Source of the DNA: Thermodesulfobacteriota bacterium
GTDB taxonomy: Bacteria > Desulfobacterota > Desulfobacteria > Desulfobacterales > SURF-7
Direction of reading: 5' to 3'
DNA: 64,000 nucleotides
Assembly (NCBI GenBank): GCA_049320885.1
Contig: JBMORA010000027.1
Span: forward strand, 32,001 to 96,000
Part shown: positions 27,775-36,231 of the stretch, piece after piece
How the letters are laid out: every line of letters begins with the position of its first letter
How positions within the stretch are numbered: the stretch's first letter is position 1
Notes under the pieces: generated by a model
The model's input: the letters and a program-made list of their open reading frames with translations, nothing else
Told to the model about the DNA's origin: nothing
Databases searched by the model: none
Position numbers and translations under genes: made by a program

Positions 27775-27849
27775 CGATTGTTTGCGTGGGTCCAAAACGT
27801 CAGGCGTTTGGTTGTTCGTTATGAGTACCATGCTGATCATTTTCTCGAA
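27775..27849 (+). pseudogene. IS5-family transposase C-terminal fragment
   Basis: Translates to [25 protein letters not shown], matching the IS5 'ERxFAWL..FRRL..RYE' motif. Confidence 0.65.
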
Positions 27850-28245
27850 CCACTTCGACGTATGTTTCGGCGTCATCGGTGGATAAACCGCTTTTCCCGC
27901 CGCAGGCCCAAAATCCCGGCTCCTGGTTTTTCATCCGTGTAATCCGTGATCAAACAGCTCTTCCCCCGCTCTTTCCCTAAAACGCCCCTTTTGCCCCCCA
28001 AAGGAGAATCTCAGCGCAGAATTGTTTGCATGGATTCTATCTGCCATTTCGTATTTTTGCAAACCGCATAATCACGCCGCCGGAGGTAAAACGTGCAAAG
28101 GCGTTTATTTCAATATTATTATATGTTATCGTATTTAACCAGAATCTTGGGGCAATCAGGGCTTATGCCCGAATAGAATTCCTGTGAATTGGATTGCCGT
28201 AGCATTACGGTAACGAGCAACCTGAACCATTGGAGGATGCATAGT

Positions 28246-29376
28246 ATGTCTTGGGGCTGGAGAAAACAAAGGACCCTGGTCGACAAAACACCCCCCAAAC
28301 CTCCTTTTTATCTGGCAAGCGAAGATCTTTTTGTAAAAAAGGACGGCAAGGAAATTTTTGTAAAACATATTCATTCTGTTTCCAGGAAGATTTCGAATAG
28401 GGGGCCGGTTATCATGAGCCCGGGAGTGTGCAGCAACGCCAATCTTTTTCGAATGGACGAATCCGGTGGTTGCCTGTCATTGGATCATGACAGGTCCTTT
28501 GCCAATCTCCTCGCGTCGGAAGGTTTTCACGTTTACCTCTATCACCCCGGTTTTACAGAAAGGGTCCATAATCGTTATGTCAGCCGTCATTGCAATGAAA
28601 GTATCCATTACCGGAAACGATACAAGGTTTCTGCGGAATTCGGTTATCGAGATATGGTTGATTTTGAAGTGCCGGCGGTTATTGATTTCGTATGCCGGCA
28701 CAGCGGGAAGCGGAATGTAGACTGGATCGGGTATAGCCTTGGCGGGATGATTGCGTATTCATTTCTGTCCAAAAACCGAACAAATCCGATCCGAAACCTG
28801 ATCACCATTGGTGCCCCCATGACTTTGAATCAATTGTTTTTTCGATTTGTGCCGTTTATCAACTTCGCATCGACATCACTCGGATTGGAGGAAGATGCCT
28901 TGTTGGGAAATATCGCACACAATTTGGTCCCGCTTACCCGGGGGATTCGTGCATTGCCGAACTGGATCGTTCGTTTTAATCTCGTGACGCCGTTGTTATG
29001 CAATCCATTGAACATAACCAATACGGCGATAAAAACGATATTGGGGCAGATTATTGAACCGATGCCCAAAGAGCTGGAGCGGTTTTTTTCCAGATTTGTT
29101 CAACAGGGCTATTCTTCACGCGAAAAATTTGTCGTCTATCTGAAAAATTTGCGACAGCTCAAAAAAACCCGTAGGCGGTTTTTATTTTTTTATGGCGCCA
29201 ATGACATGATCGCAACGGCGGAGAGTGTCTTTCTGGCGCGTGAGACCATTTCCCCTGGCGATCCGGATAATCTCATCGGGGTGCCCGCTGCCGGACATAT
29301 CGATCTGGTTTTGGGAAAGAACGCCTTTGAAAAAGTCTGGAAACCCTCGCTTGAGTGGTTGAAAAAGAACGGGTAG
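28246..29376 (+). CDS. Alpha/beta-fold hydrolase (PhaC/lipase-like)
   Basis: WIGYSLGG nucleophile elbow, GAND, GHIDLVLG; start uncertain. Confidence 0.8.
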   Translation: MSWGWRKQRTLVDKTPPKPPFYLASEDLFVKKDGKEIFVKHIHSVSRKISNRGPVIMSPGVCSNANLFRMDESGGCLSLDHDRSFANLLASEGFHVYLYHPGFTERVHNRYVSRHCNESIHYRKRYKVSAEFGYRDMVDFEVPAVIDFVCRHSGKRNVDWIGYSLGGMIAYSFLSKNRTNPIRNLITIGAPMTLNQLFFRFVPFINFASTSLGLEEDALLGNIAHNLVPLTRGIRALPNWIVRFNLVTPLLCNPLNITNTAIKTILGQIIEPMPKELERFFSRFVQQGYSSREKFVVYLKNLRQLKKTRRRFLFFYGANDMIATAESVFLARETISPGDPDNLIGVPAAGHIDLVLGKNAFEKVWKPSLEWLKKNG

Positions 29377-29394
29377 TTATTCCGAAATGGATCC

Positions 29395-30328
29395 GGGTCG
29401 CACCAAGTTAACAGGCAGGTATTTCAGGATTAATGTTCCAGCAATATGTATTTTGGGGGCCAATATCGCTGTTTTCGACCCCAAAAAAGCAATTATAGAA
29501 AACCTCGTCTTCACGTAACTCGGAACAATTTTCAGCTTGCCGGATGGAACGTCCGATTGCCATGGAATTCATTTTTTTCTTTATCAACTCCATAAAAGAT
29601 CGGCTGCCAACGGCGATTGATTGCGTCCACATCGATTCCCTCTGCAGGTCTGAATTGGATACCGCTGCGTTCACCCATTTGCGATGTGCGATTTGAAAAT
29701 TCGAAAAATCCGTAAATCCGGCCAATCTCCGAACCTCTTCATAATCAATCAGAACACATTTTTTCCGGGGCGCCTGAATCTCATTATAGCCGCCGTGCAT
29801 CCATCGTTCCGGATGATCCACGACCCCGGCGCGCACCATATTCATGTCAATGTATACGATACACCGCAATAAATGTTCACCGTCTTCGATGATCGCGGCA
29901 TGATAGCGATCTTCCCAAAATGCTCCTTTCCGTTTCTTTCTCTGATTATATTCCTGCCCGGTTCTCCCGGCCACCAGCTGCATGGATCTGGAAAGAACAT
30001 CGTTACCGGTGGCGTCGTAGGCGAGTAAATGGATATGATTCGATGTCACCGTATAATCCAGAATTTTCAGTCCGTATCGTTTTCTCGCTTCATAGAGCCA
30101 TTGAAGCCATCGGAGCCGGTCCTTTGAGAATTTCAACAAGAATTCCCGTTTATGGCATCTATGGGTGATATGCCAGATATGTCCGGGAATGTAATGTCGA
30201 TAAGCACGCGCCACAAAAACTCCTCAATATCGATCTTTTTGGGAGTAAAAAATGCATTATCGCTATGAAATCAAGGCCCTCATAATCCAATTAAAATTTT
30301 AAATCAAGATGTTAACTTGGTGCGACCC
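29395..30328. mobile_element. 934-bp element: Y1 (RAYT-like) transposase between perfect 19-bp inverted repeats
   Basis: gggtcgcaccaagttaaca (29395-29413) and tgttaacttggtgcgaccc (30310-30328). Confidence 0.8.
29408..30214 (-). CDS. REP-associated/IS200-like HUH tyrosine transposase
   Basis: WHITHRC, TSNHIHLL (HUH), GAFWEDRY, YIDMNMVRAG. Confidence 0.88.
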   Translation of the reverse strand: MARAYRHYIPGHIWHITHRCHKREFLLKFSKDRLRWLQWLYEARKRYGLKILDYTVTSNHIHLLAYDATGNDVLSRSMQLVAGRTGQEYNQRKKRKGAFWEDRYHAAIIEDGEHLLRCIVYIDMNMVRAGVVDHPERWMHGGYNEIQAPRKKCVLIDYEEVRRLAGFTDFSNFQIAHRKWVNAAVSNSDLQRESMWTQSIAVGSRSFMELIKKKMNSMAIGRSIRQAENCSELREDEVFYNCFFGVENSDIGPQNTYCWNINPEIPAC

Positions 30329-30495
30329 CGGCGTTCGGCGCCTCGGCGCCTCAATAGCGTACATTACAGACGAATGTCTTGTACCGAGACCGCCGCGTGC
30401 GGCACTGCGCAGCAGGTTTAAAAATCAGACAGTCGCTTACCGCAAGGATGGCCCCGCCCGGCGTGATTACAATTGAATCCAAAATCCAATCAATC

Positions 30496-30530
30496 AAACA
30501 GCCGGGGGAATCTCTCCCCGGCTGTTTTTA
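30496..30530. terminator. Intrinsic terminator downstream of fic, possibly bidirectional
   Basis: aaacagccgggg-N8-ccccggctgttt, flanked by A and T tracts. Confidence 0.6.
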
Positions 30531-30581
30531 ATTTTGTTACCTTGTAACACGATAATCCTATGGCTGCGAAAGAACCGGCGT

Positions 30582-31628
30582 TTAAAAAGGACGCTTCCCA
30601 AGAGAATAGCGCGTTCCTTTCCCCGCGCCCTGTTTCTGCAGATATCCTTCCGCCACCAGTTCACGCAATCTGACCTTGATCGTGTTCCGGTTGGCACGGC
30701 TGATGGCGTAAATCTCAGATATCGTGACTCGGCCATGCTCCTTCACGATCTCCAATATCCTGGCCGACAAGTCCGGAAGCCGTTGCATCAAGCGTTCCTG
30801 TTCGATCTTTCCGGTCAAATTGTCTTTCTGCTTTTTCAAACAGGTGAGCAGAAACAGCAACCAGGCTGAAAGATCTGCATCAAGCGGGCGCTGGGCTTTC
30901 CGTAAGGCCAGATAATACCCTTCCTTGTTCTGCTCAATAATGCTTTCGAGGGAGCTGTAAGGCACATACGAATAGTCGTTTTGCAACAACAGGAGCGTGG
31001 TCAATATCCGCGATAGCCTGCCGTTGCCGTCCTGAAATGGATGGATTGCGAGGAAATGCACGACAAAAACCGCAATCACCAGCAACGGGTGCAGCTCACC
31101 GGTTTCAAGATGGCGTTCGGTCCATTTTACCAGCGCTTCCATTCTCGCCGGTGTGTCAAATGGTGAAGCTGTTTCAAAAATAACCCCCAGGCTTTTACCG
31201 TTCTGATCAAACGCTTCCACATGGTTCGGCAACTTTTTGTATTCCCCCCGGTGCCGGACATCTTTTGAACTGAACTTAAGAAGAATACGATGCAGTTGCT
31301 TGATATGGTTTTCCGTAACCGGGATTTCCTCATGGGATTCAAAAATCAGGTTCATCGCCTCGGCATATCCGGCCACCTCTTCCTCATCCCGCGATCGGAA
31401 CGAGGCGATGTCGAGCCCGGCCAGAAGAGCCGCGACCTCCTGGTCAGTGAGTTTGACGCCCTCGATCCGGGTTGATGAGCCCACCGACTCAATGGTTGCA
31501 ACCTTCTTCAGGGCATCCAACCGATCCCGCGCCAGGTTGCCCACCGCCTTCCACTCCCCCTTGAACTCATCGATTTCGGCAATCAGCCGCAACATCTCAT
31601 TCGTAATATTTATAACCGGTTCTTTCAT
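30582..31628 (-). CDS. Fic-family protein with C-terminal winged helix
   Basis: HPFQDGNGRLSR Fic motif, SSTRIEG autoinhibitory-type motif; AGGAG RBS before ATG 31628. Confidence 0.92.
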   Translation of the reverse strand: MKEPVINITNEMLRLIAEIDEFKGEWKAVGNLARDRLDALKKVATIESVGSSTRIEGVKLTDQEVAALLAGLDIASFRSRDEEEVAGYAEAMNLIFESHEEIPVTENHIKQLHRILLKFSSKDVRHRGEYKKLPNHVEAFDQNGKSLGVIFETASPFDTPARMEALVKWTERHLETGELHPLLVIAVFVVHFLAIHPFQDGNGRLSRILTTLLLLQNDYSYVPYSSLESIIEQNKEGYYLALRKAQRPLDADLSAWLLFLLTCLKKQKDNLTGKIEQERLMQRLPDLSARILEIVKEHGRVTISEIYAISRANRNTIKVRLRELVAEGYLQKQGAGKGTRYSLGKRPF

Positions 31629-31907
31629 TTCTGCTCCTCTTGATACCCATAAATATACCCACAAATACCCATAAAATCATGAAAGAATCAATGGCTAATT
31701 GTCGGCGGTGGGCGGTGGTCAAAATATTATTTGATCATTTAACGTTGCAAAAACAACATGTTATAATGAAAACAAGGCGAAGGGCCGTCCGTTTCGGGTA
31801 TTTTGCCGCGATAATAGTAGGTTGGCAGGCCGTTGAGACGCGTTCGGCAGACAATCTCACCGGCAGTCGTTTGAGTTTGTTGTGCTTGAAGTGCTGTCGC
31901 CAGATTT

Positions 31908-33113
31908 TCATCCGCGGTTTCTGGCCAGACCGTTCACCCCTTCCTCCCAGGCTGTCAGCATCCGTCCGCCGATATCCTTGAATTCCGGATGATCGGAAAT
32001 ATACTGTTTGAGCAAACTACGGGTTTCCGATACGGCTTCCACCACGCGGTTGAAAACGAATGATATGGCAGCCGTCGGCAACGAAAGATGCGCCACGGCG
32101 AAACGTTCCAGCAGGTTTCGCGGCCACCATTTTTTGGTGCCGGAAAGGGTCAGGGCCGGCACATCGTTTCGGATATACACCGTCGTGGTCACTATATCGT
32201 AAACCGGCGCAAGCCGCACAGGGGACTGGGGCGCTGTGTAGAGTACACCGAAATTTTTCAGATGGGCGTCGCCGTTGCGTAGCATGACGGATAGCGCCAA
32301 GGTGGCGAAATACTGCTCCCTGGCGGCCATCAAGTGTTCACCGGAAACAAAGTCGCGAATGCTGCGCGCCACCCGCTCATAGCTGCTGGAATATTTTTGG
32401 GCCGAACCCAGGGCCTGCAGGCTGGCCATATCCTCGAAGCCGAGGGGTTCTCCATCGGCATTGATGTCGAACCGGCGCATGAGAAACAAACCGCCATTGT
32501 CGGAGATGAAGAATTCCGGTGTGGGCAGTCCGGCCCGCTTGGCGGCGGTCATGCAAAAAAATTCATTGGCGGCCAGGAAGGGGTATTCCGTACCCCATGA
32601 CTTGACGATGTAACCAGCGGACGTCAGTGAGATCCGGTCTGTGGCTTCCAGCATCACCTTGGGCTGAACCCCCGATATCCCGGAACGCAGGGCATATCGC
32701 TCCACCAGCTCGTGAAACAACTCCCCGGTGTCCGGATAGGTGAGGAGTTCCGTGAGGGATTCGGGTGTTTCCGGAATATCGGGGTAGGCCTCGCCGGGCA
32801 GGGAGAAACGGTTTCTGCCCACCTGGTTTCCGCCGGTGACCCGGAGAATCGACAGGTCGTCCTCACCGATAATCTTGGCAATGGCGCGGCGGATGGCCTC
32901 CAAAAGAGCCCCTTCCGGCAGGTTCATCTGGAAGATGGGATGCAGATCGCGGCTGGCCCAGCTTTTCAGGCGCACCGGCATGGTCAAGGATACCTGGGCG
33001 TGTTTTTCCGCATCCGGTGCATAGGCGAACACATACTCCCGGCTGGGTTCCCGTGCCAGAATCCCGGCGTGTTTGCCTGCGGCCCATACGGCCAGCGAGG
33101 AGGCCTTTGTCAT
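31908..33113 (-). CDS. hipA: HipA-family kinase toxin
   Basis: ISGVQPK, ANEFFCM, RRFD, NGDAHLKNF, LAPVYD. Confidence 0.92.
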   Translation of the reverse strand: MTKASSLAVWAAGKHAGILAREPSREYVFAYAPDAEKHAQVSLTMPVRLKSWASRDLHPIFQMNLPEGALLEAIRRAIAKIIGEDDLSILRVTGGNQVGRNRFSLPGEAYPDIPETPESLTELLTYPDTGELFHELVERYALRSGISGVQPKVMLEATDRISLTSAGYIVKSWGTEYPFLAANEFFCMTAAKRAGLPTPEFFISDNGGLFLMRRFDINADGEPLGFEDMASLQALGSAQKYSSSYERVARSIRDFVSGEHLMAAREQYFATLALSVMLRNGDAHLKNFGVLYTAPQSPVRLAPVYDIVTTTVYIRNDVPALTLSGTKKWWPRNLLERFAVAHLSLPTAAISFVFNRVVEAVSETRSLLKQYISDHPEFKDIGGRMLTAWEEGVNGLARNRG

Positions 33114-33358
33114 GCGCTATCCTCCTCTTGCCGGAGCTCTTCCAGGGTCGGTGGGCTGCCGGCGGGGCGGACGCGGAGTTCCAGCGCCAGAAATTCCAGT
33201 ATTCGGATCAATTTGCGTACGCCGACATCCGGCACCGTTCCGTTCTCGATCTGCCCGATGGTGGTCCGGCTCATGCCCAGGGCTCTGGCCAGGTCCGCCT
33301 GGGTGAGTTTCCGGCTTTTCCGGGCTTGTCGAATGTGTTGTCCGATACCAAATAACAT
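33110..33358 (-). CDS. hipB: HipB-like XRE HTH antitoxin, 82 aa
   Basis: LTQADLARALGMSRTTIGQIENG; ATGA overlap with hipA. Confidence 0.85.
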   Translation of the reverse strand: MLFGIGQHIRQARKSRKLTQADLARALGMSRTTIGQIENGTVPDVGVRKLIRILEFLALELRVRPAGSPPTLEELRQEEDSA

Positions 33359-33362
33359 AAAA

Positions 33363-33418
33363 GAATCATATAGAATGCAAAAAAATATATCAATATAAAA
33401 AAGCATTATATATAATGC
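33363..33418 (-). promoter_or_regulatory. hipBA promoter with two palindromic operators
   Basis: TTGATA (33393-33388)-N17-TATGAT (33370-33365); perfect palindrome gcattatatataatgc at 33403-33418 and a 13/16 copy at 33363-33378. Confidence 0.7.
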
Positions 33419-33637
33419 ATTAATAGGGCGACCCGAGTTCGGCGACACAATGGTGATCGATGATCTCGACATCAAAGCATCGTCCGACATCGGCAGTTTT
33501 CGCTCTGTAACAGCGGCACCAACTGAACCCGACCAACTGAACCCGATTTGACAAACAGGCGCGAATGGATATGGTATGGGGACCATGGGAATTTCAGGAG
33601 AAATGCCCTGTCCGGAAATCCGCAAAGGAGGAACACT

Positions 33638-33862
33638 ATGAACGCGCATCTCAAAACCATTATCGACCGGCAAAAGTTGATGGAATTGAATGCCGAAGGC
33701 TGTCCGGCCTGCGGGCATAAATTCAATCTGGGAGATCCGGTGGTGATCGCCTGTGGCTCCTGGGAGGGGCCGCCCAGGCTGATTCACGAAAGCGAGGCGG
33801 TATTTGACCCCCGATCCTCGTCGTATGTGGAGCGGCGCTGCTTCCAGGCAAAAATGAAATAG
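33638..33862 (+). CDS. Small hypothetical protein with CxxC, possibly metal-binding
   Basis: AAGGAGG RBS, CPACG motif, 74 aa. Confidence 0.75.
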   Translation: MNAHLKTIIDRQKLMELNAEGCPACGHKFNLGDPVVIACGSWEGPPRLIHESEAVFDPRSSSYVERRCFQAKMK

Positions 33863-34072
33863 CGCCATGAAAATGCTTTTATTCTATTTCGGAGCGGGTT
33901 GTTTGGGTGGACTGGCCGACAGCCTTTTCGGTTCTTTTCCTGATATCACAAAGGCGTTTCAGACACGGTCATAGATGATTCTACATGGACGTCAGTTTCA
34001 AATAATCTTTTGGGTCAATGCTTGGCGGCAGGGATATTCAAGGGCGCAGTTGGTCTTTTCCAGGCCGGCGGA

Positions 34073-34696
34073 TCAGGCCGCCGATTCCTGGGGGATGCCG
34101 TTCTTGAAGACCGAGGCCACCACCAGGGCCAGGCGGTGAATGTGCTTGCGGCGTTCTTCCTTGGTGTGACCCGGGAAATTCCGGAAGGTCATGACAACCC
34201 CGGCCAGGGCCGCGAAAAGGGCGTGGGAATAGAAGCGAATCTCGCCGCCGGCGCCCTCCCTGGCCAGCACCTGGTCCAGCAGATCGAGGAAATAACGCGC
34301 CACGGTGTTGAAACGGTTGAGGATATGGGGTTCCATATCGACCTTGGTCATGAAGTAGGTCATCATCTGGTAGGTCTGCTCATTGTCGAACAGATAATCG
34401 ACGAATTCCACGGCCAGTTCATCGATGGAGGCGGTCTGGTCCTCCATCCGTTTTTCGAACCGCTGCTCGACGATGATGATGTCGCGGATCAGGGCCTCGG
34501 CGAACAGGTCGTCCCGGCTGGGGAAATAGCGATAAATGGAGGCCGCCGATACACCGGCTTCCGCGGCGATGTCCCGCATGCCGATGTCCTGAAAGGGCAT
34601 GCGCTCGAACAGGGTCATGGCGGCGTTGATAATCAAGGTCTTCCGGATCTCCCGCTCATCCTCCCGCATCCGCATGAATGTGGATTTATCCGTCAT
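34073..34696 (-). CDS. TetR/AcrR-family regulator
   Basis: IGMRDIAAEAGVSAASIYRYF HTH. Confidence 0.9.
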   Translation of the reverse strand: MTDKSTFMRMREDEREIRKTLIINAAMTLFERMPFQDIGMRDIAAEAGVSAASIYRYFPSRDDLFAEALIRDIIIVEQRFEKRMEDQTASIDELAVEFVDYLFDNEQTYQMMTYFMTKVDMEPHILNRFNTVARYFLDLLDQVLAREGAGGEIRFYSHALFAALAGVVMTFRNFPGHTKEERRKHIHRLALVVASVFKNGIPQESAA

Positions 34697-34708
34697 TCTC
34701 AATTCCCC

Positions 34709-35338
34709 CTACTTCTGATACCCCTTGCCTAAAAATTTCAACTCACTGCCTTCCCGCAGAATCAGCAACGCAAGGGTATGCATGTGTTCGCGCCGTTCCT
34801 CCTTGGTGCGGCCGGGATAATTGCGGAAGGTCATGACCACGCCCGCCAGGGATGCGAAAAACGCCTGGGTGAAATAGCGGTTGTCGCCCTTGTAGCCGGC
34901 TTTTTTGACGACCTCGTCGAACATGTTCATGAAATAGACCTGCACGGCGTTGAACTTGTTCATGGCCCGCGGGTTGATGCCGCCGCGGATCATGAAATGG
35001 CACATCATTTGAAAAGAGGCCTCGTTGTCGATCATGTAATCCACGGCGGTGATGGCCAGGTCCTCGATGGCGGTTTTCCCTTCCGCAAGGCGATCCTCGA
35101 GCCGTTTTTCAATATTGTTCATATCCTGGATCAGGGCCTCGACAAACAGGTCGTCGCGACTCGGGAAATACCGATAGATGGTGGCCGCGGAGACACCGGC
35201 TTCCTTGGCGATATCCCGCATGCCGATTTCATGAAAGAGCTTTTCCTCGAAGAGCTTCATGGCCGCTTCCATAATCAGGCTTTTGCGAACCTCGCGTTCG
35301 TCCTCCCGCAATTTCATGAATGTAGATCTCTCCGACAT
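34709..35338 (-). CDS. TetR/AcrR-family regulator (tandem paralog)
   Basis: IGMRDIAKEAGVSAATIYRYF HTH; similar over its full length to the adjacent gene. Confidence 0.9.
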   Translation of the reverse strand: MSERSTFMKLREDEREVRKSLIMEAAMKLFEEKLFHEIGMRDIAKEAGVSAATIYRYFPSRDDLFVEALIQDMNNIEKRLEDRLAEGKTAIEDLAITAVDYMIDNEASFQMMCHFMIRGGINPRAMNKFNAVQVYFMNMFDEVVKKAGYKGDNRYFTQAFFASLAGVVMTFRNYPGRTKEERREHMHTLALLILREGSELKFLGKGYQK

Positions 35339-35500
35339 TCTTCAACATCCTCCTCTGGTATCATTTCCGCTGATTATCGGACTGCCCTGGGAAAACAGCC
35401 GACCGGCTGATTGTCTGTAACACAGTTCACTATGACAAACAAGTTAAAATACTCGACATCGCTCGGAATCCTGATAAATGCCCCTCGAACGCGCCAAACC

Positions 35501-36181
35501 CTATGGAGCCGAGACTTTCAGCTGTTGTCCCGGGAAAATATCATTCCCGTTCAGGGAAGGATTCAGGCGCCGGAGGGCATCCACCGACAGCCCGTTTTGC
35601 CTGGCGATGCCGAAAACGGTTTCCCCGGCTTTGACGTGGTGAATCCTGGCGGCGGCCTTTTTCCCGGCAACGGGCTGCTTGGCCGCAGCGGGTTTGGCTG
35701 CGGCGGGCTTGGCCTGCGGCGGCGCCGCCGGTTTGGGTTGCGGCTGAACCTTGGCCTGGGTCGGCTCCGGTTTCTTCTCCACCTGGATGGCTTTCATCAG
35801 CCGCTCGCCCTCCAGGCGGCTGACCCGGTCGATCAGGACGCTGAGTTTTTTCTCCTGCAGTTCGATCAGCTGGAGCTGCTCATTCTGCGCGCCCAGGGTC
35901 GCGATCTGTTCTTCGATCTTTTTCAGGCGGTTCTCCAGGTCGACAAGGCGGACGTCGCCGTCCGATCCGCCGCTGTTCATGGCCACCACCACCAGAAAGA
36001 CAACCAGCACCAGCACGATGATGCCGATGAGAACCATGGGCAGGTCAATTCTGCTGAAACGACCGGCCATGGAAAATCCCGCGTTTCGTTTTCTGAAGGT
36101 CGAATGCTGACTGCCGTCGAAATAGTCATCCAACGGCTTTTCCGGAACCAGTTCCTTCTCCGAAGGGTCATTGTACTGCAT
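35501..36181 (-). CDS. Membrane-anchored LysM-domain protein
   Basis: TM helix, coiled coil, Pro/Ala linker, C-terminal HHVKAGETVFGIARQNG LysM. Confidence 0.88.
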   Translation of the reverse strand: MQYNDPSEKELVPEKPLDDYFDGSQHSTFRKRNAGFSMAGRFSRIDLPMVLIGIIVLVLVVFLVVVAMNSGGSDGDVRLVDLENRLKKIEEQIATLGAQNEQLQLIELQEKKLSVLIDRVSRLEGERLMKAIQVEKKPEPTQAKVQPQPKPAAPPQAKPAAAKPAAAKQPVAGKKAAARIHHVKAGETVFGIARQNGLSVDALRRLNPSLNGNDIFPGQQLKVSAP

Positions 36182-36231
36182 GGCTTCTCCTCTCCGTGGT
36201 TCGGCTTCCGCCTATCCGGCCCGGTCCGGCG

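Noticed and set aside
33867..33974. 35-codon ORF (MKMLLFYFGAGCLGGLADSL...)
   Set aside because: Possibly a truncated membrane-protein gene, but too short to support a call.
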